Shown here: one piece after another, positions 1 to 9,968 of the stretch
Numbering within the stretch: the first letter of the stretch is position 1
How the letters are laid out: each line of letters opens with the position of its first letter
NCBI GenBank assembly: GCA_902588595.1
Contig: CACIPT010000001.1
Location: 11,948 to 75,947 of the forward strand
DNA length: 64,000 nucleotides
Reading direction: 5' to 3'
DNA from: an uncultured Pelagibacteraceae bacterium
Lineage (GTDB): Bacteria > Pseudomonadota > Alphaproteobacteria > Pelagibacterales > Pelagibacteraceae
Program-made: the position numbers and the translations under genes
Notes under the pieces: generated by a model
What the model saw: only the letters and a program-made list of their open reading frames with translations
What the model was told of the DNA's origin: nothing
Database searches by the model: none

Positions 1-268
1 TAAATGTAATTTTCCTTTTTTTTGTTACTGGGAAAATCAAAAAAGCTAATATTAAAGCAAAGCCTAAATGAATTGCTCTTGCTGGTAGACCTTTAAACAT
101 TCCAAAATCAAACATAAATGGAAATGGTGATGCGTACCACAGTTGAAAAAATGACCAAGTAATAGCTATTGCAGAAACAATTTTAAGATGAAAGCCGGTA
201 AGTCTTTTTGTTGGAGAAAGATCTTCCTCAATTTTTGCTTGGATATTAGTATTAACTGATTGATTCAT
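1..268 (-). CDS. TRAP transporter fused 4TM/12TM permease (TAXI-associated), N-terminal part, runs off window start
   Basis: Hand translation from ATG at 268: MNQSVNTNIQAKIEEDLSPTKRLTGFHLKIVSAIAITWSFFQLWYASPFPF...ARAIHLGFALILAFLIFP; WSxFQLW and RAIHLGFA motifs; directly downstream of the TAXI binding protein. Confidence 0.85.
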   Translation of the reverse strand, partial: MNQSVNTNIQAKIEEDLSPTKRLTGFHLKIVSAIAITWSFFQLWYASPFPFMFDFGMFKGLPARAIHLGFALILAFLIFPVTKKRKITF

Positions 269-287
269 TTACAAATCATATACTAAC

Positions 288-321
288 AAAAAAAAGGCCC
301 AATATAAATATTGGGCCTTTT
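288..321 (-). terminator. Intrinsic terminator / mRNA-stabilising hairpin after the TAXI binding-protein gene
   Basis: Inverted repeat AAAAGGCCCAATA / TATTGGGCCTTTT; the A-run at 288-295 gives a U tail on the minus strand. Confidence 0.75.
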
Positions 322-338
322 AATTTTTATTAACTAGA

Positions 339-1346
339 TTACATCAATCCAGCTTCTTTGTAGTATTTAATTGCACCAGGATGTAATGGAGCTGATAAAC
401 CATCAGCTATCATATTTTTCTTCTCCAGTGGTCCAAAAGCAGGATGTTGCTTTCTAAAATCATCAAAGTTTTCAAAAACAGCTTTTGTTACTAAATATAC
501 TAACTCTTCAGAAACATCAGCGCTAGTTACAACAGTAGCTTTAACGCCAAAAGTAGTTACATCTTTTTTTTGTCCAGTGTAAGTTCCTGCAGGTATTGTA
601 GCTGCCGCATAGTAAGGTGCGCCATCTATTAAACCTTGAACAGGTCCTCCAGTAAGATTGATTGGTAATGCTTTTGCTGCGCAGGTTGCTGCTTGTTCCA
701 TAGCACCATTTGGAAATCCTACAGAATATCCATACGCATCTATTTTACCATCACATAAAGCTTTAACTTGTTCTGATGAAGTAAGTTCTGTTACTGACTT
801 AAAGTAACCATTATCTACTCCCATTGCTTCCATAAGTACTTCCATTGTTCCTCTTTGACCTGAACCTGGGTTACCTATGTTAACAACTTTTCCTTTTAAA
901 CCTTTAAAGTCTTTAACTTTTGCTTTTTTTCTAGCCCAAATCTGAAACGGTTCATTGTGTACTGAAAAAACAGCTCTCAAATTACTAAACTGTTTTCCTT
1001 CCCATTTGCTTGAACCATTAAATGCGTGGAATTGCCAGTCAGATTGAGCAACGCCAAATTGAAACTCGCCTTCTTTAATTTGACCAATGTTATAGTTTGA
1101 TCCACCAGTTGATGGAGCTGTACATCTATATGCTTTATCTGTTGCTGCTTTTTTTCTTCCGTGTTCAGAACTTGTTGCGTATTTGTGTAACATTTTACAA
1201 ATAGCATTTCCTGTTTGGAAATAAACTCCAGTAGGTCCACCAGTTCCTATGGTAAAGAACTCAGCAGATTTTGCTACAGTTGTAAATGAAAATGTAGATA
1301 CAACAAGAACTAAAACAGTTGAAAAAGTAGTTATCATTTTTTTCAT
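339..1346 (-). CDS. TAXI-family TRAP transporter solute-binding protein
   Basis: Signal peptide; IGTGGPTGVYF, STGGSxYN, GVAQSD, GNPGSGQR and APLHPGA motifs. Confidence 0.95.
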   Translation of the reverse strand: MKKMITTFSTVLVLVVSTFSFTTVAKSAEFFTIGTGGPTGVYFQTGNAICKMLHKYATSSEHGRKKAATDKAYRCTAPSTGGSNYNIGQIKEGEFQFGVAQSDWQFHAFNGSSKWEGKQFSNLRAVFSVHNEPFQIWARKKAKVKDFKGLKGKVVNIGNPGSGQRGTMEVLMEAMGVDNGYFKSVTELTSSEQVKALCDGKIDAYGYSVGFPNGAMEQAATCAAKALPINLTGGPVQGLIDGAPYYAAATIPAGTYTGQKKDVTTFGVKATVVTSADVSEELVYLVTKAVFENFDDFRKQHPAFGPLEKKNMIADGLSAPLHPGAIKYYKEAGLM

Positions 1347-1441
1347 GTTGTCCCCTCGTTATTTATTATTTAATATAAAAATGTACCCATTAAAATGAAT
1401 GTTGTCTAGTTTAGAATTATTATAATATTTTAGGTTGTATT

Positions 1442-2665
1442 TTAATTATTTGCCCAATCTTTAAGTCTATTTGTGCCCTCAATTATTTTTGGAGCATATT
1501 TTTTTATTTTGTCATAATTAATTTCCTCATTATGAACAGTATTATTCATAAAATTTTCTCCATCAAAATCTGTGTAACTTAACCTAGCTAACATTTTTTT
1601 TTCAGAAAAACCAAAATCTGAACCTGGTAATAATGCTACTCCAGTTTCTTTTAAAATATTATTGCATAATTCACTGGATGAAGAAAATTTCTTATTAATA
1701 AATTCAGGTAATAAATAAAATCCTCCCTGAGACTTATTAATTAAAACATTGTTTGATTTTAAATTTTCATAAACATAATTTCCAACGCCTTTTAAAATAT
1801 TTTTTGAATGATTAATATATTTTGAATGATCATTTTCATGCGCTGCAATTGCAGCATACTGGATTGGCGAACTTACAGATGTAAATGTTTCGCTAGCTAA
1901 AACTTTAAGTTGATTTGTAATTTCCAACAAGCTTTTTGGCAATATAAAATAACCCAATCTCCAGCCTCCGGCACCACACCATTTGCTTAAACCAGTACTT
2001 ATAATTGTATATTCTGGGCAATAATTTGATATGGACTGGTAATTATCATCAAAAGTTAACTCTGAATAAATTTCGTCAGATAAAAAATATAGATTATATT
2101 TTTTCGTTAACTCTGAAATTTCATTTAAATTTGTACATAGTTGACCCGAAGGATTATTTGGAGAATTTAGAAATAATAAATATTTCTTTTCTTTATTTTT
2201 TAAAATTACATCTTCTATTTGTTTGGCTGTTGGAAACCAATTATTTTCACTTTTTGTTTCTATCCATTTAATTTTATTTCTTCCTATAATTGCTTGAGGA
2301 GCATAAGAAACCCAGCTAGGAGCGGGAAGCAATATTTCTCCTTCAAATAAAATCTGTAATAAAAACATCAATTCTTTTGATCCTGGACCAATAATCACAT
2401 TATTACTTAAATATTCGTAATTCTTTTTTTTAGAAATATATTTTGCAATAGATTCTCTTAACTCTTCAAGTCCTTGCATTGGAAGATATTTGTTTTGATG
2501 GGCATTATTTTTTAATTCATTAACTATATCTGCCGGTACTTTAAATGGAGATTGTCCAAAACCAAACTTAAATATTTTTTTTCCTTCGCTTTCTAATTTA
2601 TTTGATATTTCATTAATTAAAAGCGTAGACGAAGGTTTTAAATTTTTAATAATATCTTTGATCAT
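1442..2665 (-). CDS. PLP-dependent aminotransferase class I/II (aspartate aminotransferase-like)
   Basis: NSPNNPSG, SDEIY and GLSKWCGAGGWRLG (PLP lysine) motifs. Confidence 0.9.
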   Translation of the reverse strand: MIKDIIKNLKPSSTLLINEISNKLESEGKKIFKFGFGQSPFKVPADIVNELKNNAHQNKYLPMQGLEELRESIAKYISKKKNYEYLSNNVIIGPGSKELMFLLQILFEGEILLPAPSWVSYAPQAIIGRNKIKWIETKSENNWFPTAKQIEDVILKNKEKKYLLFLNSPNNPSGQLCTNLNEISELTKKYNLYFLSDEIYSELTFDDNYQSISNYCPEYTIISTGLSKWCGAGGWRLGYFILPKSLLEITNQLKVLASETFTSVSSPIQYAAIAAHENDHSKYINHSKNILKGVGNYVYENLKSNNVLINKSQGGFYLLPEFINKKFSSSSELCNNILKETGVALLPGSDFGFSEKKMLARLSYTDFDGENFMNNTVHNEEINYDKIKKYAPKIIEGTNRLKDWANN

Positions 2666-2747
2666 TTTTTATATAATTATGATACTAAATAGAAATATAA
2701 GAGTACATTTAAAATAAATTATTCTTAAAAATTAAAGGAAATTAGTA

Positions 2748-3056
2748 ATGTCTAAAATAATAGTTCTAGCAAGTTTTCATCCTAAAAAAGATAAAGTTAA
2801 TGAAGTTAAGGAAATAATATTGTCTATGATAAAACCTACAAGATCAGAAGAAGGAAATGAAGTTTATAATTTTTATGAAGAAAAAAATAATAATGATAAA
2901 ATTACATCTTTTCACTTATTTGAAATTTATAAAGATTCTGCTGCCTTAGACTTTCACAGAGAAACATCTCATTACAAAAATTATAGATCTAAAATAAAAG
3001 ATTTACTGGAAAAACCTATAGAGGTAAAAGTTTTAAATTCGATAGATTCAGTATAG
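2748..3056 (+). CDS. ABM-family protein (putative quinol monooxygenase, YgiN/LsrG-like)
   Basis: 102 aa; PTRSEEGN...Y and FHLFEIYKDSAALDFHRETSHY pattern. Confidence 0.85.
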   Translation: MSKIIVLASFHPKKDKVNEVKEIILSMIKPTRSEEGNEVYNFYEEKNNNDKITSFHLFEIYKDSAALDFHRETSHYKNYRSKIKDLLEKPIEVKVLNSIDSV

Positions 3057-3060
3057 CTTT

Positions 3061-4086
3061 TTAATAACCCAATTTTTTATCTACTTGGTTTGTCAATTTT
3101 TTATTCTCAATAAAAAGTTTTAAATTATTAAAGAATATACCAAGAGTTAATTCGAAATAGTTTCCGTCATCGTCTGAAGATACATGCGGTGTAATAACTA
3201 AATTAGGAGTATCCCAAAGTTTTGATTTTTTATCTAATGGTTCATGAGAAAATACATCAAGTATTGCTCCCGCTATTTCATTTTTTTTAAGTTTCTCACT
3301 TAATGCTTCATAGTCCATAACTGATTGTCTTCCTATATTTACAATCCCGCATGTAGTTTTTAACATGTCGAGTCTTTTTTTATTAATTAGATTTTTAGTT
3401 TCAGGTGTTTCGGGGAGTGCTAAATACAAAAAATCAGCTTCAGACAAAACACTATCAATATTATCTATTGTAACAATTTTTGAACAACCTTCGACTTTTT
3501 TTCCTCTTTTATTAACTCCAATAATATTTGCCCCTAATTTTGAAACTTGTTTTGCCATTGATCCTCCAAGGGATCCAGTGCCTACTACAACCACTGTTTT
3601 TCCATGAACTGGATTGCTAAATAAAGAAACAAATTCTTTATTTTTTTGGTTGGTAATTATTTTAGTCATATGATTTTGCAACATTAAAATACTCATTAAA
3701 CCAAACTCTCCAGCTTTTTTGGCATGAGCACCACTACTATTGGTTAAAACTAAACCATCATTCATCCAGTCTAAAGGAAGTAAATGTTCTACACCTGCTG
3801 AAATAACATGTATCCATTTAAGATTTGGCGCAAGTTCCTTAAGGTTTTTTGTTGGGAAATTCCAGGCTAGTAAAATATCAGAATTTGAAATTGATTTTTT
3901 AAAATTTTCTTCATCCCAATCAAAAAAAGTTTCTATTTTTTCTTTAATTTCTGGAAATTTATTAAGAACATTATCAAAACGATCTTTTGTTATTGTAAAA
4001 TTTTTTTCGCCTTCAGCATCAGTAGGAAATGATCCTGGCGCCCAGTGATTGTTTTTTATATGAATTTTAATTTTTTTATTTGTCAA
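3061..4086 (-). CDS. D-2-hydroxyacid dehydrogenase family protein
   Basis: SAGVEHL, Rossmann VGTGSLG, LPETPET, VNIGRQ, LDVFxxEPL, ITPHVS. Confidence 0.9.
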   Translation of the reverse strand: MTNKKIKIHIKNNHWAPGSFPTDAEGEKNFTITKDRFDNVLNKFPEIKEKIETFFDWDEENFKKSISNSDILLAWNFPTKNLKELAPNLKWIHVISAGVEHLLPLDWMNDGLVLTNSSGAHAKKAGEFGLMSILMLQNHMTKIITNQKNKEFVSLFSNPVHGKTVVVVGTGSLGGSMAKQVSKLGANIIGVNKRGKKVEGCSKIVTIDNIDSVLSEADFLYLALPETPETKNLINKKRLDMLKTTCGIVNIGRQSVMDYEALSEKLKKNEIAGAILDVFSHEPLDKKSKLWDTPNLVITPHVSSDDDGNYFELTLGIFFNNLKLFIENKKLTNQVDKKLGY

Positions 4087-5420
4087 AATGATCCACTCTT
4101 TTCCATATTATATAATTCATTAATTATAAAACTATCACGGTCTTTATTTGGCATTTTCTCAGTGTCAAATTGTAATTTCATTACAGTTGATCCAATTGAC
4201 TTTATAAATTTTCGATCATCAATATTTCTTTTAGGAACTCTTAAAACTGTATCCTGACCATAAGTTTTTATTAGATCTCCATTTTTTTTTGGTTGTTCAG
4301 GATCTGTGCCCTCTTGTAATGATTTTATTGATTTTCTAATATGCTTCCTATAGGCCATAATCCCATGATCAGTTGGCATTAAGTGTTCGCCCTTATGTGC
4401 GCTTATTGAACCCATTCCTTCCACTGCCTCTGTGTCACCAGGGCTTTTTTGTTTTTCTTCAAAGGTTCTATCAACTGTTTCTCCTGCTTCTATTCTTTCA
4501 TACCCTTCTTTATTGTCATACTTTATAGGATCTCCTCTTTCTCCAAAGTTAGCCCAGGCAATTGCTACAGAATGATAATCGTCAACGGGAACCACCCATC
4601 TTGTAAAAGAACTTCTTCCAAAATATTTAGTTTTTGTTCCATCTGCTGCAAATGCTGAACCAGCCTGCGTAAAGTTAGGTAAAATTAATTCATTTATTCT
4701 AATCCATACATTGTCATCAACTCTTCTTATATTAGCTCCAAGATATTGAGTTCCTCTTTCATAAAATTCAATTTCTCCAACCTCGGCAAAACCTTTGGAA
4801 AATTGTATACCTGAGCTTTGGCCGTGAAGAAAAGATGTGTGCACAGGATCCATAATTGCATCAAGCACTTGTATCCAGTTACAATTATAATTAATTTTGT
4901 AAGGGCTTCTTTTATCGTATTGAGTTTCATAAGCATCATAATGTGGAAACTCAGGAATTTTTTCTGGTGGACCCATAAAAGCGAATACTATTCCATTAAA
5001 TTCTTTTACTGGATAGGCGCCTAATTTAAATTTTTCTCTTACAAGTTTTGCTTGTTTTGATTCTGGGTCTTCTCCAGGGGTCTCTAAGATTTCACCATCA
5101 GGAGAAAATAACCATCCGTGGTAACAACATCTTATGCCTTGAGATTCTGACTTTCCAAAAACTAATGACGCTCTTCTATGTGTACAATGTTTGTGTATTA
5201 ACCCTATTTTATTTTTTGTAGTTTTAAAAATTACTAAATCTTCACCTAGTATTCGTATTTCTAAAGGAGTGTTTGTAACCTCAGAAGATAATGCTACTGG
5301 ATGCCAATATCTTCTAAGATATTCTCCTCCGGGCGTACCATAATCAGTGTGAGCAATTAACTGATCATATCCAGGCTTTTTTGCTTGATTATATCCTCTG
5401 TATGTATTTTCTAAATCCAC
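4083..5420 (-). CDS. Rieske non-heme iron oxygenase, phthalate 4,5-dioxygenase/LigX-like (alpha-only) type
   Basis: GTPGGEYLRRYWHPVA N-terminus; Rieske CTH...CCYHGW; mononuclear Fe motif DPVHTSFLH; GTG start. Confidence 0.9.
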   Translation of the reverse strand: MDLENTYRGYNQAKKPGYDQLIAHTDYGTPGGEYLRRYWHPVALSSEVTNTPLEIRILGEDLVIFKTTKNKIGLIHKHCTHRRASLVFGKSESQGIRCCYHGWLFSPDGEILETPGEDPESKQAKLVREKFKLGAYPVKEFNGIVFAFMGPPEKIPEFPHYDAYETQYDKRSPYKINYNCNWIQVLDAIMDPVHTSFLHGQSSGIQFSKGFAEVGEIEFYERGTQYLGANIRRVDDNVWIRINELILPNFTQAGSAFAADGTKTKYFGRSSFTRWVVPVDDYHSVAIAWANFGERGDPIKYDNKEGYERIEAGETVDRTFEEKQKSPGDTEAVEGMGSISAHKGEHLMPTDHGIMAYRKHIRKSIKSLQEGTDPEQPKKNGDLIKTYGQDTVLRVPKRNIDDRKFIKSIGSTVMKLQFDTEKMPNKDRDSFIINELYNMEKSGSF

Positions 5421-5512
5421 TGTAAAACTCCTTAGTAAAGCACAATATAACGAAGATATATTTTATTGAAATATAGTTAATTCGCAAATAAATTCGGAAA
5501 TAAAGGTCTAAT

Positions 5513-6649
5513 ATGCCATTAAACAAAAAAAATATTAAAATTAAATCTCCGAAAAATAAAAATACAATATTTGGTCTTCCTGCAAAATCTTATACTGACA
5601 CTGAGTTTTGGGAAAAAGAATGTGAAACTGTTTTATCTAATGGATGGTTATTTGTTGGTTGCGTCAATGAATTTAAAAAAGCAGGAGATGTAAAACCAAT
5701 TTTCATTGCTGGAAAACCACTCTTACTTGTTAAAAATGAAAATAATGAAATTACAGCTTTTCATAATGTTTGTAGTCACAGGTGTTTAAAACTAATAAAT
5801 GAGGAAAAAAATATTGGTAAAATTATTCGTTGTCCATATCATTCTTGGTCATATGATCTTCAAGGAAACTTAAAGGCTGCACCACATGTTGGAGGAACAG
5901 ATATTCACAAGCCAAAAGGATTTAATTTTAAAAAACATGGTCTAAAAAAAATAAGAATTCATATTTGGCATGACTGGATTTTTGTAAATTTGAATGGAAA
6001 AGCAAAAAAATTCAAAGAGTATGCAAAGCCACTATTTTCAAAATTTAAAGATATTGATTTTAAAAAATTAAAATATGCTGCAACTTTAGATTTTGGAAAA
6101 ATTAATACTAACTGGAAATTCCTTATTGAAAATTTTATTGAGCCATATCATGTTCAATTTGTTCATAAAACTACAACAAATCAACCTTTAAGAGATCATT
6201 ATACTATTGTAGACGGCATATGTTACGGCAGTGGAGTAGATGTTAAAAAAGAAGATAGTAAAAACAGTAGCGCTTTGTCAGTTTCTTCAAAATATTTATC
6301 TCTTTTTCCTAATTTTATTATCGGAACTTATTACCCAAACCAAATTGGTGTGTATTTAAACATTCCAATTGACGCAAATACAACTATTCAAAAAAGAATA
6401 ATATATACAGTTGGAGGGAAAGAAATGTCTAAAGAAGAGATTGATATTACAAAAAAAATATGGTGGAGTGTACATAAGGAAGATCATGAAATATGTGAAA
6501 GACTTCAAGAAGGAAGGTATTCACCAGCATCTAATGAAGGTGGTTTGTTATCTCCCTATTGGGAAGAAGGAGTAAGAGCATTTCAAAAACTAATTATACA
6601 AGCAACTACAAAATCTTCAAAATTAACGAAAGGAAAAACAAATGTCTAA
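5513..6649 (+). CDS. Rieske oxygenase alpha subunit, choline monooxygenase/CntA/GbcA-like (quaternary amine) type
   Basis: LPAKSYTD N-terminus; CSH...CPYHSW; NWKFLIENFIEPYHVQFVH; EDHEICERLQEGR. Confidence 0.88.
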   Translation: MPLNKKNIKIKSPKNKNTIFGLPAKSYTDTEFWEKECETVLSNGWLFVGCVNEFKKAGDVKPIFIAGKPLLLVKNENNEITAFHNVCSHRCLKLINEEKNIGKIIRCPYHSWSYDLQGNLKAAPHVGGTDIHKPKGFNFKKHGLKKIRIHIWHDWIFVNLNGKAKKFKEYAKPLFSKFKDIDFKKLKYAATLDFGKINTNWKFLIENFIEPYHVQFVHKTTTNQPLRDHYTIVDGICYGSGVDVKKEDSKNSSALSVSSKYLSLFPNFIIGTYYPNQIGVYLNIPIDANTTIQKRIIYTVGGKEMSKEEIDITKKIWWSVHKEDHEICERLQEGRYSPASNEGGLLSPYWEEGVRAFQKLIIQATTKSSKLTKGKTNV

Positions 6650-7058
6650 AAGTATCAATGATGGTTACAGACTTGCTCATACAATGATTAGAGTAAAAGA
6701 TTTAGAAACTTCATTTAATTTTTATTGTAAAACTTTAGGAATGAAAGTTTTAAGAAAAACAGATTACCCTGATGGAAAATTTACTAATGCCTTTATTGGA
6801 TATGGACTCGAAAATGAATCTCCATGCCTTGAATTAACTCATAACTGGGATCAAAAAGAAGATTACGATAAAGGAAATGGATGGGGACATATTTGCATAG
6901 AAACTCCAGATGTTTATAAAGCTTGTGAAGATCTTGCAAAACTTGGGGTTAATATTACTCGAAAACCAGGTCCAATGAAACATGGAACGAGAGTAATTGC
7001 TTTTTGCGAAGATCCAGATGGATACAAAGTTGAATTAAATGAACCAATAAAAGTATAA
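6642..7058 (+). CDS. gloA: Lactoylglutathione lyase (glyoxalase I)
   Basis: HTMIRV, FY...LGMK, LELTHNWD, GNGWGHI, IAFCEDPDGYKVEL. Confidence 0.88.
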   Translation: MSKSINDGYRLAHTMIRVKDLETSFNFYCKTLGMKVLRKTDYPDGKFTNAFIGYGLENESPCLELTHNWDQKEDYDKGNGWGHICIETPDVYKACEDLAKLGVNITRKPGPMKHGTRVIAFCEDPDGYKVELNEPIKV

Positions 7059-7069
7059 AACTGAAAGGA

Positions 7070-7471
7070 ATGATAATGTCTAAAGAACCACAGCTATATA
7101 AATTTAAAGATATTGAAAATAGACTTCATACATTAGAACCGGGGAAATCTTATATAAAACCATTTGTAACAAGCAAAGTAAGCAGCACTATGTGTGGAGG
7201 ATTAAATTTTTTAAATAAAGTTTCTGTTCCTTGGGATTTAACTTGTGATGAAATTATTTACTGTATGGAAGGAAAGTTTAGGCTAACTTGCGATGGTAAA
7301 TCTTATATTTGTAACCCAGGAGATGTACTTTATATCCCAAAAGACAATCATATAGCTTATGAGTGTGATGAAAAATGTGTAATATTTTATGCAGCTTACC
7401 CTCATGATTGGAAGCAAAAAGCTGGCATTACATTTGTTCCTGGAATTGACCCAGAAGATATGCCAAAATAA
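7070..7471 (+). CDS. Cupin-domain protein, EutQ-like
   Basis: WDLTCDEIIYCMEG...PGDVLYIPK cupin pattern. Confidence 0.75.
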   Translation: MIMSKEPQLYKFKDIENRLHTLEPGKSYIKPFVTSKVSSTMCGGLNFLNKVSVPWDLTCDEIIYCMEGKFRLTCDGKSYICNPGDVLYIPKDNHIAYECDEKCVIFYAAYPHDWKQKAGITFVPGIDPEDMPK

Positions 7472-7479
7472 TTTATCCA

Positions 7480-8901
7480 ATGAAAAATAAAATATATTAC
7501 GAAAATTTTAAAGATGCTATAGAAAGAAATAGAAAGAAAATTCCTACAGTTCATAAAAAACTTAAAGCAGCTGGAGTTCAATATGTAATGTCAAGTTGGA
7601 TAGACTTGCATGGTATTCCAAAAACAAAACCTGTTCCAATGAGTGATTTTGAACTTTTGTGTTTAGGAAAAGGACCTCAGTTTGCAGTTCATTCAATTTC
7701 TTTTGTACCAGAATTAACTCCTGCAGACTCTGATCAAATAATGTTACCTGATTTAGACAGTGTTTATATTTGTCCATGGGACAAGACGATGGCTATTATT
7801 TTTGCAGATCTTTATTGGGAAGATAAACCATACAATGTTTGTCCAAGACAAGCTTTGAAACGTGCAATGCAAAAAGCTCAGGATGCAGGTTACAAAGGAA
7901 TGTGTGGTATTGAACCTGAATTTATTGCAATGAAATATGGAGAAGATGGCAAGCCTGTTAAAGCTATTGATAGCGATCCAATTAATGGAATAAGACCTAG
8001 AAGACAAGCATTTGGATATGATGTTGAATACTCATTAGACTCTATGCATTTCTTAAAAGAATTAATTGATATTCTTGAAGAGTTAGGCTGGAATTTACAT
8101 GATGTTGTGGCTGAAGGTGCTTATTCGCAATTTGAATTAGATTTTCATTATACAAATTTATTAGAAATGGCTGATAGATTGGTTTTTTTAAGAATTCTTT
8201 TAAAAGAAATTGCCAAAAAAAATAATATGTTCATTACATTTATGCCAAAACCTACAATAGGTGACTGGAGATCTGGTGCTCATATTAATTTTTCAATGGA
8301 AGACGTTAATAAACCTGGAAAAAATATTTTTACCGACGGTAAAGGATGGTCTAAACAATCTAAATTTGCAGTTGGTGGACTTATGAAAAATTCTGAAGCA
8401 CTAACAGCAATTACATGCTCAACAGTCAATTCTTATAATGGACTAGTTCCAAGAGTTGGAGGTTTTGAAGGTGGAACAGTAACTTGGGCACCAACTAACA
8501 TTACATATGGTCACAATAATAGGTCTGCACAGTTTCGTTTACCACAAAACAGATATTGTATTGAAAATAGAGCAGCAGATATGACAATGAATGTCTACCT
8601 GGCATTAGCAATGACTGCATCTTCTGCTATGGATGGTATTAAAAATAAAATTGATCCAGGCAAACCAACTGATCAAGATTTATACCAAATGACAGATTTA
8701 GAGTTTAAAAAATTAGGAATTAAAAGACTTCCTAAAAATTTAATGCAAGCAATAGAAGCTTTGAGAGTAAATAAATTATCTGATGAGGTTATGGGATCTG
8801 TAATGAAAAAATCTTTTTTATCTTATAAAAATGATGAGTGGGAACGTTATCATCAGGCAGTTACTGATTGGGAAGTAAAAGAATACCTTAGACTTTACTA
8901 A
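7480..8901 (+). CDS. Glutamine synthetase-like gamma-glutamyl ligase (GlnT/GmaS/PuuA-like)
   Basis: DLHGIPKTK, GIEPEF, EGAYSQFE, FMPKP, SGAHINFS, NNRSAQFR, IENRAAD; C-terminal VTDWEVKEYL. Confidence 0.85.
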   Translation: MKNKIYYENFKDAIERNRKKIPTVHKKLKAAGVQYVMSSWIDLHGIPKTKPVPMSDFELLCLGKGPQFAVHSISFVPELTPADSDQIMLPDLDSVYICPWDKTMAIIFADLYWEDKPYNVCPRQALKRAMQKAQDAGYKGMCGIEPEFIAMKYGEDGKPVKAIDSDPINGIRPRRQAFGYDVEYSLDSMHFLKELIDILEELGWNLHDVVAEGAYSQFELDFHYTNLLEMADRLVFLRILLKEIAKKNNMFITFMPKPTIGDWRSGAHINFSMEDVNKPGKNIFTDGKGWSKQSKFAVGGLMKNSEALTAITCSTVNSYNGLVPRVGGFEGGTVTWAPTNITYGHNNRSAQFRLPQNRYCIENRAADMTMNVYLALAMTASSAMDGIKNKIDPGKPTDQDLYQMTDLEFKKLGIKRLPKNLMQAIEALRVNKLSDEVMGSVMKKSFLSYKNDEWERYHQAVTDWEVKEYLRLY

Positions 8902-8904
8902 TTA

Positions 8905-9915
8905 ATGAAAAAATATGAAAAGTTTAACTTAGGAAATATTAAACTTTTATCAGGGAAAATTTTAAAATCAGCGAAGTTAATTTACAAAACATATGGTAAA
9001 TTAAATAAAGATCGCTCAAATGTAATAATTCTTCCTACATTTTATACTGGTAGTCATATAAGAAACGAAGGTTTTATTGGAAAAAACAGGGCTATTAATC
9101 CCAATAAATACTTTATCGTATCAATCAATATGTTTGGAAATGGGCTATCTTCGTCTCCAAGCAATGCAAGAAAAAGTCAATCTGGTTCAAAATTTCCTAC
9201 TATAACATTATGGGATAATATTTATTGCCAACATAAGCTTATTACTGAAAAACTGAAAATTAAAAAAATTGCTCTAGTTGCTGGCTGGTCAATGGCAGGT
9301 TGTCAATCTTATCAATGGGCCGCGCAATATCCCAGAATGGTAAAAGCAATTCTTCCTTTTTGTGCATCATCAAAAACATCAATACATAATCATGTTTTCT
9401 TAGAAGGTGTTAAAGCAGCACTTATAGCTGATAAAAAATTCAATAATGGAAATTATAAAAAACAACCTGTTGAAGGATTAAAAGCATTTGGTCGAGTATA
9501 TGCTGGTTGGGCTTTCTCTCAAGATTTTTATAGAGAAAAACTTTATAAAAAATTTGGTTTTAAAAATGCAGAAGAATTACTTAAAGATTGGGAAAACGAT
9601 CATGCAAAAAACTGGGATGCAAATAATCTTTTATCAAAACTTAAAACTTGGCAGATGAATGATATAAGTATAGGACCTATATATAAAAATAACTATATCA
9701 AAGCTCTTAAATCAATAAGAGCAAAAACAATATTAATGCCATGTAATCAAGACTTATATTTTAGAACAGAAGATAATAAATTTGAAAAGAGATTTATACC
9801 CCGTTCATCTTTAAGATCTGTAGATTCTCCATATGGTCATTGTGCTGCTAATCCTGGTAATGATAAAAATTTTGAAAGACAGCTAGATAAAAACATTAAG
9901 GAATTGCTAAGTTAA
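8905..9915 (+). CDS. MetX-fold (homoserine acetyltransferase-like) alpha/beta hydrolase
   Basis: YKTYGKLN, NMFGNGLSSSPSN, nucleophile elbow GWSMAG, DLYF, YGHCA. Confidence 0.8.
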   Translation: MKKYEKFNLGNIKLLSGKILKSAKLIYKTYGKLNKDRSNVIILPTFYTGSHIRNEGFIGKNRAINPNKYFIVSINMFGNGLSSSPSNARKSQSGSKFPTITLWDNIYCQHKLITEKLKIKKIALVAGWSMAGCQSYQWAAQYPRMVKAILPFCASSKTSIHNHVFLEGVKAALIADKKFNNGNYKKQPVEGLKAFGRVYAGWAFSQDFYREKLYKKFGFKNAEELLKDWENDHAKNWDANNLLSKLKTWQMNDISIGPIYKNNYIKALKSIRAKTILMPCNQDLYFRTEDNKFEKRFIPRSSLRSVDSPYGHCAANPGNDKNFERQLDKNIKELLS

Positions 9916-9968
9916 TATCTTTAAAATTGTTGAAAAATTTAAATAAAAATAATATCATTACTTTATAA

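Noticed and set aside
7480-8901. Calling this gene glnA or gmaS
   Set aside because: GS fold is clear, but there is no glnB context and no N-methylglutamate synthase or dehydrogenase genes adjacent; substrate cannot be assigned by eye
8905-9915. Calling this gene metX with a SAM riboswitch
   Set aside because: Only 3 nt separate it from the upstream gene, so there is no room for a riboswitch; the context is catabolic, so no symbol was assigned
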